Shown here in pieces: positions 27,939 through 38,341 of a stretch of 64,000 bases of DNA (its first letter is position 1; each line of letters opens with the position of its first letter). Source of the DNA: Halobacteriaceae archaeon (GTDB taxonomy: Archaea; Halobacteriota; Halobacteria; Halobacteriales; Halobacteriaceae); assembly GCA_042216675.1 (NCBI GenBank), contig JBDGTS010000016.1:1-64000 (forward strand), in the 5' to 3' direction. The position numbers and the translations under genes are program-made. The notes under the pieces were generated by a model, which had not been told where the DNA came from, did not search any database, and worked only from the letters and a program-made list of their open reading frames with translations.

Positions 27939-29534
27939 GTGACGCTCTCTCGACGGGATAGGCTGTCGCCGGCGGCGCTCACCGCTGTGTACGTAGTCGG
28001 TGGGCTGGCGTGGATTCTCGCCACGGACTGGCTCGTGACCGCCCTGGGCGACGGGCGCACGCTCCAGTCGCTGAAGGGCACCCTGTTCGTCGCCGGGACG
28101 GGAGCGCTCCTGTACGCCGTCCTCCGGCGCCGCGAGCGCACCATCGACGCGACACACGAGACGCTGGACGACGCGCGGCGGCGCTTCGAGAGCATCGTCC
28201 GCGCCTCGCCGGTGCCGATCGTCGCCCTCGACGTGGACGGGCGCGTGGAGACGTGGAACCCCGCCGCCGAGGAGACGTTCGGCTGGTCGGCCGAGGAGGT
28301 CCGGGGCGAGCAGATACCCATCGTGCCCGCGGACCGGCGCGAGGAGTTCCGGACGCTGTTCGGCCGGGTCACCGACGGCGAGTCCATCGCCGGTCGCGAG
28401 ATTCAGCGCGAGACGGCGAGCGGTGCCGAACGCACCCTCTCGCTCTCCGCGGCCCCTGTCTTCGACGCCGAGGGCGACGTGGATGGCGTGATGGCCGTCT
28501 TCCGCGACGTGACCGAGCGCCGCGCCCGCGAGCAGTCGCTGGCGGCGTACCGGGACCTCGTCGACCACCTCCCCGTCGGCGTCTTCCGCACGGCGCCCCG
28601 CGACCGCGACGAGTTCGTCGAGGTCAACCCCGCGCTGGTGGAGATGTTCGACGCTGACTCCGCGGCCGACCTGCTCGCGACGCCGCTCTCGGAGTTGTTC
28701 GCCGACCCGGAGGAGCGCCCTCGGTTCCACGACGCCCTCGCTGAACAGGGGACCGCGACCGCGGAACTCCGCTTCGAGACGCTGTCGGGCGAGGTGTTCT
28801 GGGCCCGCACCACCGCCATTCGGCGCGTGGACGACGAGGGGAACGTCTACGTCGAGGGCACCATTCAGGACGTCTCCGAGCGGAAGGAGCGCGACCGGCA
28901 GTTGGCGGTCCTCGACCGGATGCTGCGGCACAACCTCCGCAACAAGATGTGCGTCATCCTCGGGCGCGCGGCGGACGTCGAGCGCTGGGCGACGGGTGAC
29001 ACCGCCGCGGCCGCCCGGGAGATACAGGCGCAGGGGGACGCGCTCCTGAATCTGGCGAGCGACCAGCGGGAAATCGTGGAACTCGTCGCCGACCCGCCGG
29101 ACGTCGTCGACTGTGACCTGGCCGCCGTCGTGCGCCGGCAAGCCGGGCGCGCGCGGAAGCGCCACCCCGAGGCCACGGTCGACGTGACCTGTCCGGACGC
29201 GGTTCGGGTCCGCGCCATCGACGCAATCGGGCGCGCCGTGGGGGAACTCCTCGACAACGCCATCGTCCACGCCGACGACGCGGCGCCCCGCGTGGAGATT
29301 CGCGTCGAGGTGGGCGAGCGTGTCCGCTGTGCGGTCGTCGACGAGGGGCCGGGCATCCCCGACCCCGAGGTGGCCGTCCTCGCCGGCGAACACGATGTGG
29401 GGCCGCTGTACCACGGGAGCGGGATGGGCCTGTGGCTGGTCAGATGGATCGTGCGCGCCTCCGACGGCACGCTCAGATTCACGGACAACGAGCCCCGGGG
29501 GAGCGTCGTGACGATGACCTTCGACCGGGCCTGA
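27939..29534 (+). CDS. Membrane PAS-domain sensor histidine kinase
   Basis: Two N-terminal TM segments, two PAS/PAC domains, H-box RMLRHNLRN, N-box ELLDNA, DEGPGIP, HGSGMGLW. Confidence 0.92.
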   Translation: MTLSRRDRLSPAALTAVYVVGGLAWILATDWLVTALGDGRTLQSLKGTLFVAGTGALLYAVLRRRERTIDATHETLDDARRRFESIVRASPVPIVALDVDGRVETWNPAAEETFGWSAEEVRGEQIPIVPADRREEFRTLFGRVTDGESIAGREIQRETASGAERTLSLSAAPVFDAEGDVDGVMAVFRDVTERRAREQSLAAYRDLVDHLPVGVFRTAPRDRDEFVEVNPALVEMFDADSAADLLATPLSELFADPEERPRFHDALAEQGTATAELRFETLSGEVFWARTTAIRRVDDEGNVYVEGTIQDVSERKERDRQLAVLDRMLRHNLRNKMCVILGRAADVERWATGDTAAAAREIQAQGDALLNLASDQREIVELVADPPDVVDCDLAAVVRRQAGRARKRHPEATVDVTCPDAVRVRAIDAIGRAVGELLDNAIVHADDAAPRVEIRVEVGERVRCAVVDEGPGIPDPEVAVLAGEHDVGPLYHGSGMGLWLVRWIVRASDGTLRFTDNEPRGSVVTMTFDRA

Positions 29535-30209
29535 TCAGGCGAAGCCGTCCAGCACTCCCTGTCCGTCCGTCGGGCCGATGTCGGGGAGCGACGCCCGCTC
29601 GGGGTGGGGCATCATCACCGCGACGTGCTCGTCCTCGCCGAGGACGCCCGCGACGTTGCCTTTCGACCCGTTGACGTTCGCGGCGTCGGTGACCGAGCCG
29701 TCGGCCTCGCAGTACCGGAACAGGATGCGGTCCTCGTCGTCGAGGCGGGCCAGTTCGTCGTCGGCGATTTCGAAGCGGCCCTCGCCGTGTGCGATTGGCA
29801 GGTCGATGACTTCGCCCTCCTCGTAGGCCGCAGTCCAGCGGGTGTCGGCGTTCTCGACGCGGAGGTGGGCGTGTTCGCACTGGAACTTCGCGCTCCGGTT
29901 CGTGGTGAACGCACCCGGCGCGAGGCCGCCCTCGGCACCGATTTGCGCGCCGTTGCAGACGCCCAGCACGGGGACGCCCTCGGCCGCGGCCTCGCGCACG
30001 TCCTCCATGATGGGGGTGCGGGCCGCCATCGCGCCGGCGCGGAGGTAGTCGCCGTAGGAGAACCCACCGGGCAGGAGGACGCCCGACGCGTCGTCGGGGA
30101 GGCCGTCCTCGTGCCAGACGATGTCGGCGTCGACGCCGAGTTCCGAGAGCGCGCGCACCGCATCCCGGTCGCAGTTGCTCCCGCCGAAGCGGACGACTGC
30201 CACCGTCAT
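29535..30209 (-). CDS. purQ: Phosphoribosylformylglycinamidine synthase glutaminase subunit
   Basis: FGGSNCDRD, PGGFSYGDYLRAGA, GVCNGAQI, MMPHPER. Confidence 0.97.
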   Translation of the reverse strand: MTVAVVRFGGSNCDRDAVRALSELGVDADIVWHEDGLPDDASGVLLPGGFSYGDYLRAGAMAARTPIMEDVREAAAEGVPVLGVCNGAQIGAEGGLAPGAFTTNRSAKFQCEHAHLRVENADTRWTAAYEEGEVIDLPIAHGEGRFEIADDELARLDDEDRILFRYCEADGSVTDAANVNGSKGNVAGVLGEDEHVAVMMPHPERASLPDIGPTDGQGVLDGFA

Positions 30210-30457
30210 CGGTCCGTCACGTCCACCGTGTAGTCGTGGATGGTCGGGTTGGCGAGCAGTCGCTCCGCCATCTCGTCGGCCTCCGCGCGCGCCGCGGCCT
30301 CGCTCTCGGCGTCGAGGTCGATTTCGAAGCGGTCGGCCATCCGCAACTCCTCCACGTCGAAACCGAGGCGTTCGAGCGAGTGGCGCGTCGTCTCGGCTTC
30401 GGGGTCGAGGACGCCCCGCTTCAGCCGGACCGTCACCGTCGCCGTGTAGGCCGTCAT
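30206..30457 (-). CDS. purS: FGAM synthase subunit PurS
   Basis: VRLKRGVLDPEAETT...ERLLANPTIHDY. Confidence 0.96.
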   Translation of the reverse strand: MTAYTATVTVRLKRGVLDPEAETTRHSLERLGFDVEELRMADRFEIDLDAESEAAARAEADEMAERLLANPTIHDYTVDVTDR

Positions 30458-30491
30458 TATGAGAAGCGGGGGCGTGCGTCGGCAAAGGGAT

Positions 30492-30621
30492 TGCGGAACG
30501 TCGCTCCTCGCACCTCTCGCGTTGGTGGCGGAGCGGACACGAGCGGAGACGGCGGCCGCAGAATGCGGTTTTTTGGTCCAGCTTTTTGCCGCGCATCGCG
30601 GCAAAAAGGTGGTGCGGAACG
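30492..30621. mobile_element. Small palindromic non-autonomous element (MITE/REP-like) in the purS-purU divergent intergenic region
   Basis: Perfect 12-bp stem CTTTTTGCCGCG-CAT-CGCGGCAAAAAG (30582-30608), CCGCA-GAA-TGCGG hairpin (30556-30568), flanked by the 9-bp direct repeat TGCGGAACG (30492-30500, 30613-30621). Confidence 0.55.
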
Positions 30622-30684
30622 CTTTTCCGCGGACGCGGACTCAACACGCCCAACCATGTCCGCGTTCGTCCACGAGGTGTCGCC

Positions 30685-31641
30685 ATGACGGAGGAGTACA
30701 CGGAAATCACCGTCGTCGGCGAGGACTCCACGGGACTCATCGCCCGCGTCACGACCCTCCTGTTCGAGCGCTCGATAAACATCGAGGACCTCGATCAGGA
30801 CGTCCGCGAGGACGTGTTCCGGATGCGGATGCACGTCGACGCCTCCGAGATGGTGACGACCCAAGAGAAACTCAGAGAGGACCTCCACGCACTCGGCGAG
30901 GACCTCGACGTCGACGTGCAGGTCCGCTTCCCCGAAGACAAGGAGGCGCGCCACGTCGCCGTCCTCGCGACCAAGGAGTCGCACTGTCTGGAGCGGTTGC
31001 TCGCGGCCCGCGAGGACGGCGACCTCGACGCGGAGATCTCCTGCGTCGTCGCGAATCACGACGACCTCGCGCACCTCGTCCCCGAGGACATCCCCTTCTA
31101 CGACATCGGCGACGAGTCCGGCGTCCCCGACGAGGACTGGCTGTTGGACATCCTCGCCGACCACGACGTCGACCTCGTGGTGCTGGCGCGCTACATGCGC
31201 ATCCTCAGCCCCGACGTGGTGTTCCGCTACGAGAACCGCATCATCAACGTCCATCCCTCCCTGCTCCCCTCGTTCCCGGGCGCGTCGGCCTACCTGCAGG
31301 CCGTCGAGGAGGGGGCCCGCATCGCCGGCGTCACGGCCCACTACGTCACGACGGACCTCGACCAAGGCCCCATCATCGCCCAGCGAGCGTTCAACGTCCG
31401 CCCGGACGACGACGAGGACTCCCTGCGTGAACGCGGCCAACCCCTCGAAGCCGAGGTGCTCCTCGAAGCGGTCCAGATGCACCTCAACGGCGACGTCCTC
31501 GTGCGCCGCGGCAAGACGGAACTCCGTGAGGGCGTCGACCCCGAGACGTACCAGTTCGGCCTGCCAAACGACTTCGAGGACGACCTCCCCGAGGAACCCG
31601 TGGACACGGTGAAGCGCGCCGAGTCGAGCGCCGACGACTGA
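30685..31641 (+). CDS. purU: Formyltetrahydrofolate deformylase
   Basis: N-terminal ACT domain, TKESHCL, LARYMRILSP, INVHPSLLPSFPGA, GVTAHYVTTDLDQGPII. Confidence 0.95.
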   Translation: MTEEYTEITVVGEDSTGLIARVTTLLFERSINIEDLDQDVREDVFRMRMHVDASEMVTTQEKLREDLHALGEDLDVDVQVRFPEDKEARHVAVLATKESHCLERLLAAREDGDLDAEISCVVANHDDLAHLVPEDIPFYDIGDESGVPDEDWLLDILADHDVDLVVLARYMRILSPDVVFRYENRIINVHPSLLPSFPGASAYLQAVEEGARIAGVTAHYVTTDLDQGPIIAQRAFNVRPDDDEDSLRERGQPLEAEVLLEAVQMHLNGDVLVRRGKTELREGVDPETYQFGLPNDFEDDLPEEPVDTVKRAESSADD

Positions 31642-32658
31642 TTACAGGTCCTCGACGGCCGCCACCGCCTCGTCCATCGGCGGCGCGTCGAACCAGTCGG
31701 TGCCGGTGTAGCGGTTCGTGCCCGCGGCGTACAGGTCGCTGACGGCCGTCAGCACGTCGTCGGGGAGCGGTCCGGGCGCCTCGTCGCACAGCGACTTCCA
31801 GTCGGCCACGTCCCTCTCCGTGGCCTCCTCCTTGGCCGCCGAGACGGCGTCGACCCAGTCGGGGTCCGTCGCGCGGTAGTGCTGGCGGATGACCTCCTTC
31901 GAGACTTGGGTGCCGTCGTAGGCGAAGCGGTTCTCGTCGAAGGTGCCCACCACGTCGGCGACGCGAATCTCGCCGTCGACGAACAGCACCTCGATTTTCC
32001 CGTCCTGATGGACGAAGCCCCGTTCGGCCGCGCGGTCGGTGAGCAGGCGGTTCACCTCGCGGGCGACGCGGGCGATGTCGTCCACGTCGGCGGGGCCCGC
32101 GACGCGTTCGGCCTCGCCCGCGTCGAGGTAGCGGTCGCCGTCCTCGAACTTCGTGGAGAACTCCACGATGGGGTCGTCGAGGTCGACCGCCTCGTCGGGC
32201 CACTCGTCGTAGTCGAGGCCGTGGTCCGCGGGGTCGCTCCGCCGGCGCAGACTCGACCCGACGGGGACCGTGTTGCGGAAGACGACTTCCATCGGCACCA
32301 CGACGGCGTCGCCGGCGGCCTCGTGGAACGCCTCGTAGTCGTAGTCGCGGCCGTCGTGGGGCAACTCGGGGACGTCCACGAGGTCGATGGCCATCTCGCG
32401 GGGCGCCGCGTCGGCCTCCGCGAGGGGGACCGTCTCGCCGTCGTCGACGACGCCGCGGTAGTGCGTCGGCACGCCCTCGGCCTCCAGCATCTCGAAGTTG
32501 AACGCGCCCATCGTGCAGAGGGTGGCGCCTTTCCGTGGAATCTGGTCGGGCATCTTCCCCCAGTCGAAGACGGAGTAGTCGTCGGTGAAGTAAAAGCGCC
32601 CACGTCCGAGGCCGCCGTCCGGGGCCTCGTCGACGTGGATGTCCTTGACGCTCGTCAT
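31642..32658 (-). CDS. purC: SAICAR synthase
   Basis: [52 protein letters not shown]. Confidence 0.95.
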   Translation of the reverse strand: MTSVKDIHVDEAPDGGLGRGRFYFTDDYSVFDWGKMPDQIPRKGATLCTMGAFNFEMLEAEGVPTHYRGVVDDGETVPLAEADAAPREMAIDLVDVPELPHDGRDYDYEAFHEAAGDAVVVPMEVVFRNTVPVGSSLRRRSDPADHGLDYDEWPDEAVDLDDPIVEFSTKFEDGDRYLDAGEAERVAGPADVDDIARVAREVNRLLTDRAAERGFVHQDGKIEVLFVDGEIRVADVVGTFDENRFAYDGTQVSKEVIRQHYRATDPDWVDAVSAAKEEATERDVADWKSLCDEAPGPLPDDVLTAVSDLYAAGTNRYTGTDWFDAPPMDEAVAAVEDL

Positions 32659-32742
32659 GGTCGTCCTCTCTCGGGGCCCGAGTAAGTGCGTTCCGACTCC
32701 GCGAGGCGCAACTATCTTGTGAGTCGGCCAACATCTTGGCCC

Positions 32743-33141
32743 ATGAGACGCTCCCGCCCTGACCCCTCCAACAGCCCCGGCACCGCCCGCGACGAGATGT
32801 GGGAGAGCGACGGCGACGGGCCGACGGCGCCGCTCGGCATCAAACTCATCTGCGTCCTCTCGGTGTTCCTCGACCTGTTCGCCCTCCTCGTCGGCCTCGC
32901 GGCCGTCGGGGGCGGGGGCCCGGAGTCAGTGATTGGCCTCGTCCTCCTCGTGATCGTCGCCGTCGACCTCACGGCGGTGTACGGCCTCTGGACGGTGAAA
33001 TCGTGGGGCTGGGTCCTCGCCGTCGCGATGCGCACGCTGTCGCTCCTCGCGGCGCTGGTGCAGGGCGAGCTCGTGGGCTTCCTCGTCGGCCTGCTCATCC
33101 TCGGCTACGTCGTCAGCAAGTACGACCTCTACCTCGGGTAG
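32743..33141 (+). CDS. Small multi-TM membrane protein
   Basis: [10 protein letters not shown]..., [11 protein letters not shown]; about 4 TM segments; start uncertain (32743 or 32797). Confidence 0.7.
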   Translation: MRRSRPDPSNSPGTARDEMWESDGDGPTAPLGIKLICVLSVFLDLFALLVGLAAVGGGGPESVIGLVLLVIVAVDLTAVYGLWTVKSWGWVLAVAMRTLSLLAALVQGELVGFLVGLLILGYVVSKYDLYLG

Positions 33142-33191
33142 CCGCGCCGCGACCCGCGCACTTTTGAGGTTGTAGCGGGTGCTCTCGCGTA

Positions 33192-34547
33192 ATGGCCGAT
33201 ACGTTCGACGTCACCCCCAACGTCCCGCGCGGGGAGTTCGGGTTCGACCACCGCCCGGAGACGGGCCAGTCCTTCGAGAACGCCCTCGCGAAGGCGCGCA
33301 ACGGCGAGCGACTCACCGTCGACGACGGCGTGGAACTGCTCACCACCGGCACCGACCACCCCGGCATCGACCGGGAGCGGAAGGAACTCGTCCTCGAAGC
33401 CGCCGACCGGCGGCGCGCCGAGGTGGTCGGCGACGAGGTGACCTTCGTCGCGAACATCAACAACAACGTCACCACCGCCTGCGACACGGGCTGTCTGTTC
33501 TGTAACTTCAAGGACGCCGCACAGCGATTCGAGAGCGACCACGACGGCCACAACGCCGGCTTCACGAAGACGCCCGCCGAGTCCCGCGACATCGTGCAGG
33601 ACGCCGTCGAACGGGGCGTCTACGAGGTGACGTCCGTCTCGGGCCTTCACCCCGGCTTCGCCCTCGACGACGAGCATCTCGCGATTCTCGACGCCCACGA
33701 GTCGCCCGCCGAGGTCAACTACAAGCCACCGGAGCGATACGACACCGACACCGGCACCTACTGCGAGCAGATCGAGGCGATGGCGACCGACGGCGTCCAC
33801 GTCCACTCGATGACGCCCGAGGAGGCGTACCACGCCAAGCGCGGCACCGACTGGGACTTCGAGGAGGTGTACGGCCGCCTCGCGGACGCGGGCCTCGACA
33901 GCGCACCGGGCACGGCCGCCGAAATCCTCGTCGAGGAGGTCCGGGAGGTCATCTGTCCGAACAAGGTCAGCACGGCGGGGTGGCTCGACGCGATGGAGGC
34001 CGCCGCGAACGTCGGCCTCGACGTGACGGCGACCATCATGTACGGCCACGTCGAGAACGAGAAACATCGGGTCCTCCACCTCGACCGGGTCCGCGAGTTG
34101 CAGGACCGCATCGGCGCCATCACGGAGTTCGTCCCCCTCTCCTTCGTTCACCCGGACACGCCCCTCCACGACCGGGGGATGGTCGAGGACGGCGCGACGA
34201 CCGACGAGGACGAACTGCTCATCGCCGTCTCGCGCCTCTACCTCGACAACGTCGACCACATCCAGTCCTCGTGGGTGAAGTACGGCGACGAACAGGGCCT
34301 GAAGATGCTGAACTGCGGCGCCGACGACTTCATGGGCACCATCCTCTCGGAGGAGATCACCAAGCGCGCGGGCGGGGAGTACGGCGAGTTCCGCTCCTTC
34401 GAGGAGTACGTCGAGATGATTTCGGCCATCGGGCGCGTCCCCGTCGAGCGCTCGACGGACTACGAGCAGCGCCGGGTCATCGACCCCGACGACCCGCCCT
34501 TCGGCCCCGAACTCGGCCCGAGGGCCGACGGTACGCCCCTGCTGTAG
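33192..34547 (+). CDS. cofH: FO synthase subunit CofH
   Basis: Radical SAM CDTGCLFC, PGTAAEIL, ATIMYGHVE, FVPLSF, IQSSWVK, GADDFMGT. Confidence 0.95.
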   Translation: MADTFDVTPNVPRGEFGFDHRPETGQSFENALAKARNGERLTVDDGVELLTTGTDHPGIDRERKELVLEAADRRRAEVVGDEVTFVANINNNVTTACDTGCLFCNFKDAAQRFESDHDGHNAGFTKTPAESRDIVQDAVERGVYEVTSVSGLHPGFALDDEHLAILDAHESPAEVNYKPPERYDTDTGTYCEQIEAMATDGVHVHSMTPEEAYHAKRGTDWDFEEVYGRLADAGLDSAPGTAAEILVEEVREVICPNKVSTAGWLDAMEAAANVGLDVTATIMYGHVENEKHRVLHLDRVRELQDRIGAITEFVPLSFVHPDTPLHDRGMVEDGATTDEDELLIAVSRLYLDNVDHIQSSWVKYGDEQGLKMLNCGADDFMGTILSEEITKRAGGEYGEFRSFEEYVEMISAIGRVPVERSTDYEQRRVIDPDDPPFGPELGPRADGTPLL

Positions 34548-34588
34548 CGGCGAAAGACCGAACTGCCGTCGCGGCCTTGTCTCGGCCG

Positions 34589-35146
34589 ATGATGAGCACC
34601 ACCCACGCCGCGATGGGGGCGGCGCTGGCCACGCCGCTCTGGGCCGTCGCGCCCGAGTTCGCCCCCGCGGCGACGCTCGCGGCGTTCCTCGGTGGTCTGT
34701 TCCCCGACGCCGACGCCGTGGCGGGCGCGCACCGCCGGACGCTCCACCACCCCGAACTGTATCCGGCGCTGACGGCGGCGGCCGTCGGCGCGGCCGCGGT
34801 GCGTCCGGCCACCGCCACCGTCGCCACGGCGGCGTTTCTCGGGAGCGCGGCGCTCCACTCGCTCGTCGACGTGTTCGGCGGCGGCCTCGCGCTGCGCCCG
34901 TGGGTGGCCGACGACGGCCGCGGCATCTACCTCCACACCCAGCAACGGTGGGTCCCGCCCCGCCGATGGGTGCGCTACGACGGCGCGCCCGAGGACCTCG
35001 CGCTTGTCGGCGCGCTCACGGTGCCGGTGGCGCTCGCCGGCGGCCCGACGCGGTGGCTGGCGCTGGCGGGGTTGGTGGTGTCGGCGGCGTACACGGCGTT
35101 CCGGAAGCCGCTGGTCGAGCAGTATCCGGGGCTGTTCGAGAACTAG
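34589..35146 (+). CDS. Membrane-bound metal-dependent hydrolase (YdjM-like)
   Basis: MMSTTH, FPDAD...HRRTLH, LHSLVD motifs. Confidence 0.8.
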   Translation: MMSTTHAAMGAALATPLWAVAPEFAPAATLAAFLGGLFPDADAVAGAHRRTLHHPELYPALTAAAVGAAAVRPATATVATAAFLGSAALHSLVDVFGGGLALRPWVADDGRGIYLHTQQRWVPPRRWVRYDGAPEDLALVGALTVPVALAGGPTRWLALAGLVVSAAYTAFRKPLVEQYPGLFEN

Positions 35147-35148
35147 GC

Positions 35149-36630
35149 TCAGTGCGCGGCGTCGTGGGGGTTGCGCTCCGTGCCGTAGTTCTCGGCGTGG
35201 TCGGTGTAGTCGATGAAGCGCGGCGCGTCCGGGTCGAAGGGGCGCTCCAGCGAGTCGAAGGCCTTCTGCTTGTCCCACGACTGCAGACCGCCGATTGCCG
35301 AGCGGTCCTCGAGGTCGTGGTAGTCGAGGTCGTCCTTCGTGGCGTTCCACGCGTCCATGCCCGTCTCCGTGCGGACGATGACGCTGGAGTACTCGTCCGA
35401 GGAGCCGACGGAGCCGACGCTCACGTCGGCACAGTAGCCCGTGAAGTCCGCGCACTCGTCACAGCCCTTCAGCGCGGCGCCGTGGAACTCCTCGATGTCC
35501 TCGTCGAGGATGAGGTCGAGGTCCTCGTCGAACACCTTCATCTTCCCGTCGATGACGTCGAGTTTGCCGATGTCCTCGGGGTGGATGCCGCGCTGTTCGG
35601 TGAGTTGCTCGCCGATGAGCTTCTCGTAGTTGAAGCTCTTCGTGCACATCAGCGCGATGGTGTAGTCCACCGCGCGGGCACCGGTCTCTTGGCTGGCGTA
35701 GTCCCAGTCGAAGTCCTGCAGGGCCTTGATGCCCTCTATCTCACAGGGGGTGCCGACGAGGGCCAGCGAGAGGTCCTCGGGGTCCTTGTCGGGGAGTTTG
35801 TGCTCCCACTGTTCGAGGCCGAGGTTGCCCAGCGCCATCGTCTGGTTGTAGAAGGAGCCGGCGTTCTCGATGAGTTCCTCGGGGGTCGTGGCGAGGAACG
35901 ACTCGGCCTTCCACTCCTCGTCGTCGGATTCGGTGGCGACGAGTGCGCCGTCGATTTCGCCCTGTTCGAGCAGGTGGATGAGCATCGACGTGACGACGCC
36001 GCCGTCCTGTGCGTTCTCGCGCCAGTCGTCCTCGACGGTGGCGGAGAACTCCGTGATGGGGTCGCCGGCGCCGGACACGTTGTCGTCGCCGCCGGTGATC
36101 TTCCACTGGCGCTCGTAGCGCAGGCCGCCGCGGGGACAGAAGTCCCAGCAGAGCGAACAGCCGGTACACATCTTCACCAGTTCCGGCAGGCCGTCGTCGC
36201 CGATGCCGATGGAGTCGGAGGGACAGGAGGCCACGCAGGTGCCACACTGGATACACCGCCCCTCGTCGATGACGGCGTCGTCGAGTTCCATGAACCACGT
36301 CTTGTCGTCGGGCGTGTCGATGTCGTTCATCTCCTGCCGGATGGAGTACTCCGGCGTGTCGAGGTCGACGCCCTCGGGGATGCCGACTCGCTCGGCGGGG
36401 TTGCCGCCGTCTTCGACGTCTTGGCTCTTGTCGGTCGCGGGTTCGGTGAACTCGACGTCGCCGAGGTTCCCCTGCTCGTCCACGTTCGCGACGCCGCCGT
36501 CGGCGGCCACGTCGGCGGGCGCGTCGTGCCCGCTCTCGGCGGCCGGCGTGGAGCCACAGGTGCAGGCGTCGTCCGCACAGCCGTCGTCGCCCTCGCTCGT
36601 CTCGGGGACGCTCGGGTCGAAGTCACCCAT
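35149..36630 (-). CDS. FrhB/FdhB-family F420-binding flavoprotein with N-terminal 2x[4Fe-4S] domain
   Basis: CIQCGTCVASCP and CTGCSLCWDFCP; AQDGGVVT, VGTPCEI, IALMCTKSF, GCDECADF...ADVSVGSVGS; overlaps the reductase stop. Confidence 0.9.
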   Translation of the reverse strand: MGDFDPSVPETSEGDDGCADDACTCGSTPAAESGHDAPADVAADGGVANVDEQGNLGDVEFTEPATDKSQDVEDGGNPAERVGIPEGVDLDTPEYSIRQEMNDIDTPDDKTWFMELDDAVIDEGRCIQCGTCVASCPSDSIGIGDDGLPELVKMCTGCSLCWDFCPRGGLRYERQWKITGGDDNVSGAGDPITEFSATVEDDWRENAQDGGVVTSMLIHLLEQGEIDGALVATESDDEEWKAESFLATTPEELIENAGSFYNQTMALGNLGLEQWEHKLPDKDPEDLSLALVGTPCEIEGIKALQDFDWDYASQETGARAVDYTIALMCTKSFNYEKLIGEQLTEQRGIHPEDIGKLDVIDGKMKVFDEDLDLILDEDIEEFHGAALKGCDECADFTGYCADVSVGSVGSSDEYSSVIVRTETGMDAWNATKDDLDYHDLEDRSAIGGLQSWDKQKAFDSLERPFDPDAPRFIDYTDHAENYGTERNPHDAAH

Positions 36631-38341
36631 GGGCGACACTCCCGGAGACGTTGGCGTCGGCACGTTGCATGATCGACCGGAGTCGGTCGTTACCGACCTC
36701 GCGACACCACTCGTAGAAGCGCTCGCTCTCGGAGCGCTCGTCGGCGTACACGTCGAACAGTTCCTCGAGGGCCGGAATCACGCTCTCGGCGGGGACGGCG
36801 TTCTCGACCCAGTCGATGAACTCGTTGTCGGCGCCCAGCGCGCCGCCGAGGCCGAAGTCCATGCCCTCGACGAGGCGCTGGTGGTCCTCGCGGTCCGCGT
36901 CGCCGGGGACCGATTCCTCGCCGACTTGCACCGTCTCGCCGCGGAAGCCGATGTCCGCGATCTGGGGCTGTGCGCAGGAGGCCGAACAGCCCGACATGTG
37001 CATCCGAACCACGTCGAGGTCCTCCGGCGTGTCGATGGCGTCGTCGAGTTGCCGCGCCCACCGCTTCACGCGGTTCTTCGTCTCGATGATGCCGTAGTTG
37101 CAGAACTCGGAGCCGGTACAGCCCACGGCGCCCCGCGAGAACGGGCCGGGGTCGGGCTGATACGCGTCGGCGAAGTCCGATTCGAGGAGGGCGTCGAGGT
37201 TCTCCTCGGGGACGTGCGTGATGAGGAAGTTCTGGTCGGTCGCGAGGCGCACGCTGGCGTCCTCGGTGCCGTAGCGCTCGGCCGCCGCGGCCGCCGCGGC
37301 GAACTCGTCGCCGCCCATCCGGCCGGCGATGACGTTGAAGCCGACGTAGTAGAGGCCCTCCTGTTTCTGCTCGTGGACGCCGACGTGGTCGCCGGTGTAG
37401 CCCTCGGTGAGGTCCGTGCCGCGTTCGCGGAGGTCGACCTCACAGCGGTCCCGGACCGCTTCCTCGAAGTTGTCCACGCCCATCTGCTGGACGAGGTAGC
37501 GCATGCGGCAGACGCCGCGGTTGTGTCGGTCGCCGAGTTCCTTGAACACCTGCGCGACGGCGCGGCAGAACTCCACGGCGTCCTCGGGGCGGACGAACAC
37601 GTCGAGGTCAGAGGCCATCCGCGGGCCGTCGGAGAGGCCGCCGCCGACCTTGGCGTGGAAGCCGTAGTGCTGTTCGCCGTCGAGTTCCTTTCGCGCCGGC
37701 GTGAGGCCCACGTCGTTGATCTGGGACTGCGCGCAGTCGTCGCGACAGCCCGTGATGGTCATCTTGTACTTCCGGGGGAGATTGCCGTACTCGCGGTTCT
37801 CCGTGAAGAAGTCCGAGACGGCGTCGATGACTGGCTGTGCGTTGAAGCACTCGTGGTCGTCGAGACCCGCGGCGGGACAGCCAAGCACGTTCCGGGCGGA
37901 GTCGCCACAGCCCTGAATCGTGGTGAGGCCGACCTCGTCGTACTTCGCCCAGATGTCCGGAATGTCCTCCACCTCGATCCAGTGCATCTGGATGTCCTGT
38001 CTGGTCGTGATGTCCATGTACGCGTCGCCCCACAGGTCGTTTTGCTCCTCGCCGCCGTACTTCTCGGGGGCGACGGCGTACTCGTCAGCGACTTCGCCGA
38101 TGACTTCGGCCTGCTCGGGGGTGAGGTAGCCGCCGGGCACCTTGGTCCGGAGCATGAAGTAGTCGCCCTTGCGGCCGTGGGAGTAGAGGCCGGCCCACTT
38201 CAGGCGCTCCCACTCGCCGTCGCCGGCGCGCTCCTCGATTTCCTCGAACGTGAGGTTCTCGTCGGCGTACTCCTTGACGTCCTCGATGACGTCGAGTGGA
38301 TGCTTCTCCTGCTTCCACTGCTCGACGGTGTTGAGACTCAC
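36623..38341 (-). CDS. Siroheme nitrite/sulfite reductase (NirA/SirA type)
   Basis: ITTRQDIQ, NLPRKYK, GCTGSEFC and SGCSASC siroheme-[4Fe-4S] ligands; GTG 38341 preceded by GGAGGTG RBS. Confidence 0.92.
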   Translation of the reverse strand: MSLNTVEQWKQEKHPLDVIEDVKEYADENLTFEEIEERAGDGEWERLKWAGLYSHGRKGDYFMLRTKVPGGYLTPEQAEVIGEVADEYAVAPEKYGGEEQNDLWGDAYMDITTRQDIQMHWIEVEDIPDIWAKYDEVGLTTIQGCGDSARNVLGCPAAGLDDHECFNAQPVIDAVSDFFTENREYGNLPRKYKMTITGCRDDCAQSQINDVGLTPARKELDGEQHYGFHAKVGGGLSDGPRMASDLDVFVRPEDAVEFCRAVAQVFKELGDRHNRGVCRMRYLVQQMGVDNFEEAVRDRCEVDLRERGTDLTEGYTGDHVGVHEQKQEGLYYVGFNVIAGRMGGDEFAAAAAAAERYGTEDASVRLATDQNFLITHVPEENLDALLESDFADAYQPDPGPFSRGAVGCTGSEFCNYGIIETKNRVKRWARQLDDAIDTPEDLDVVRMHMSGCSASCAQPQIADIGFRGETVQVGEESVPGDADREDHQRLVEGMDFGLGGALGADNEFIDWVENAVPAESVIPALEELFDVYADERSESERFYEWCREVGNDRLRSIMQRADANVSGSVAHG

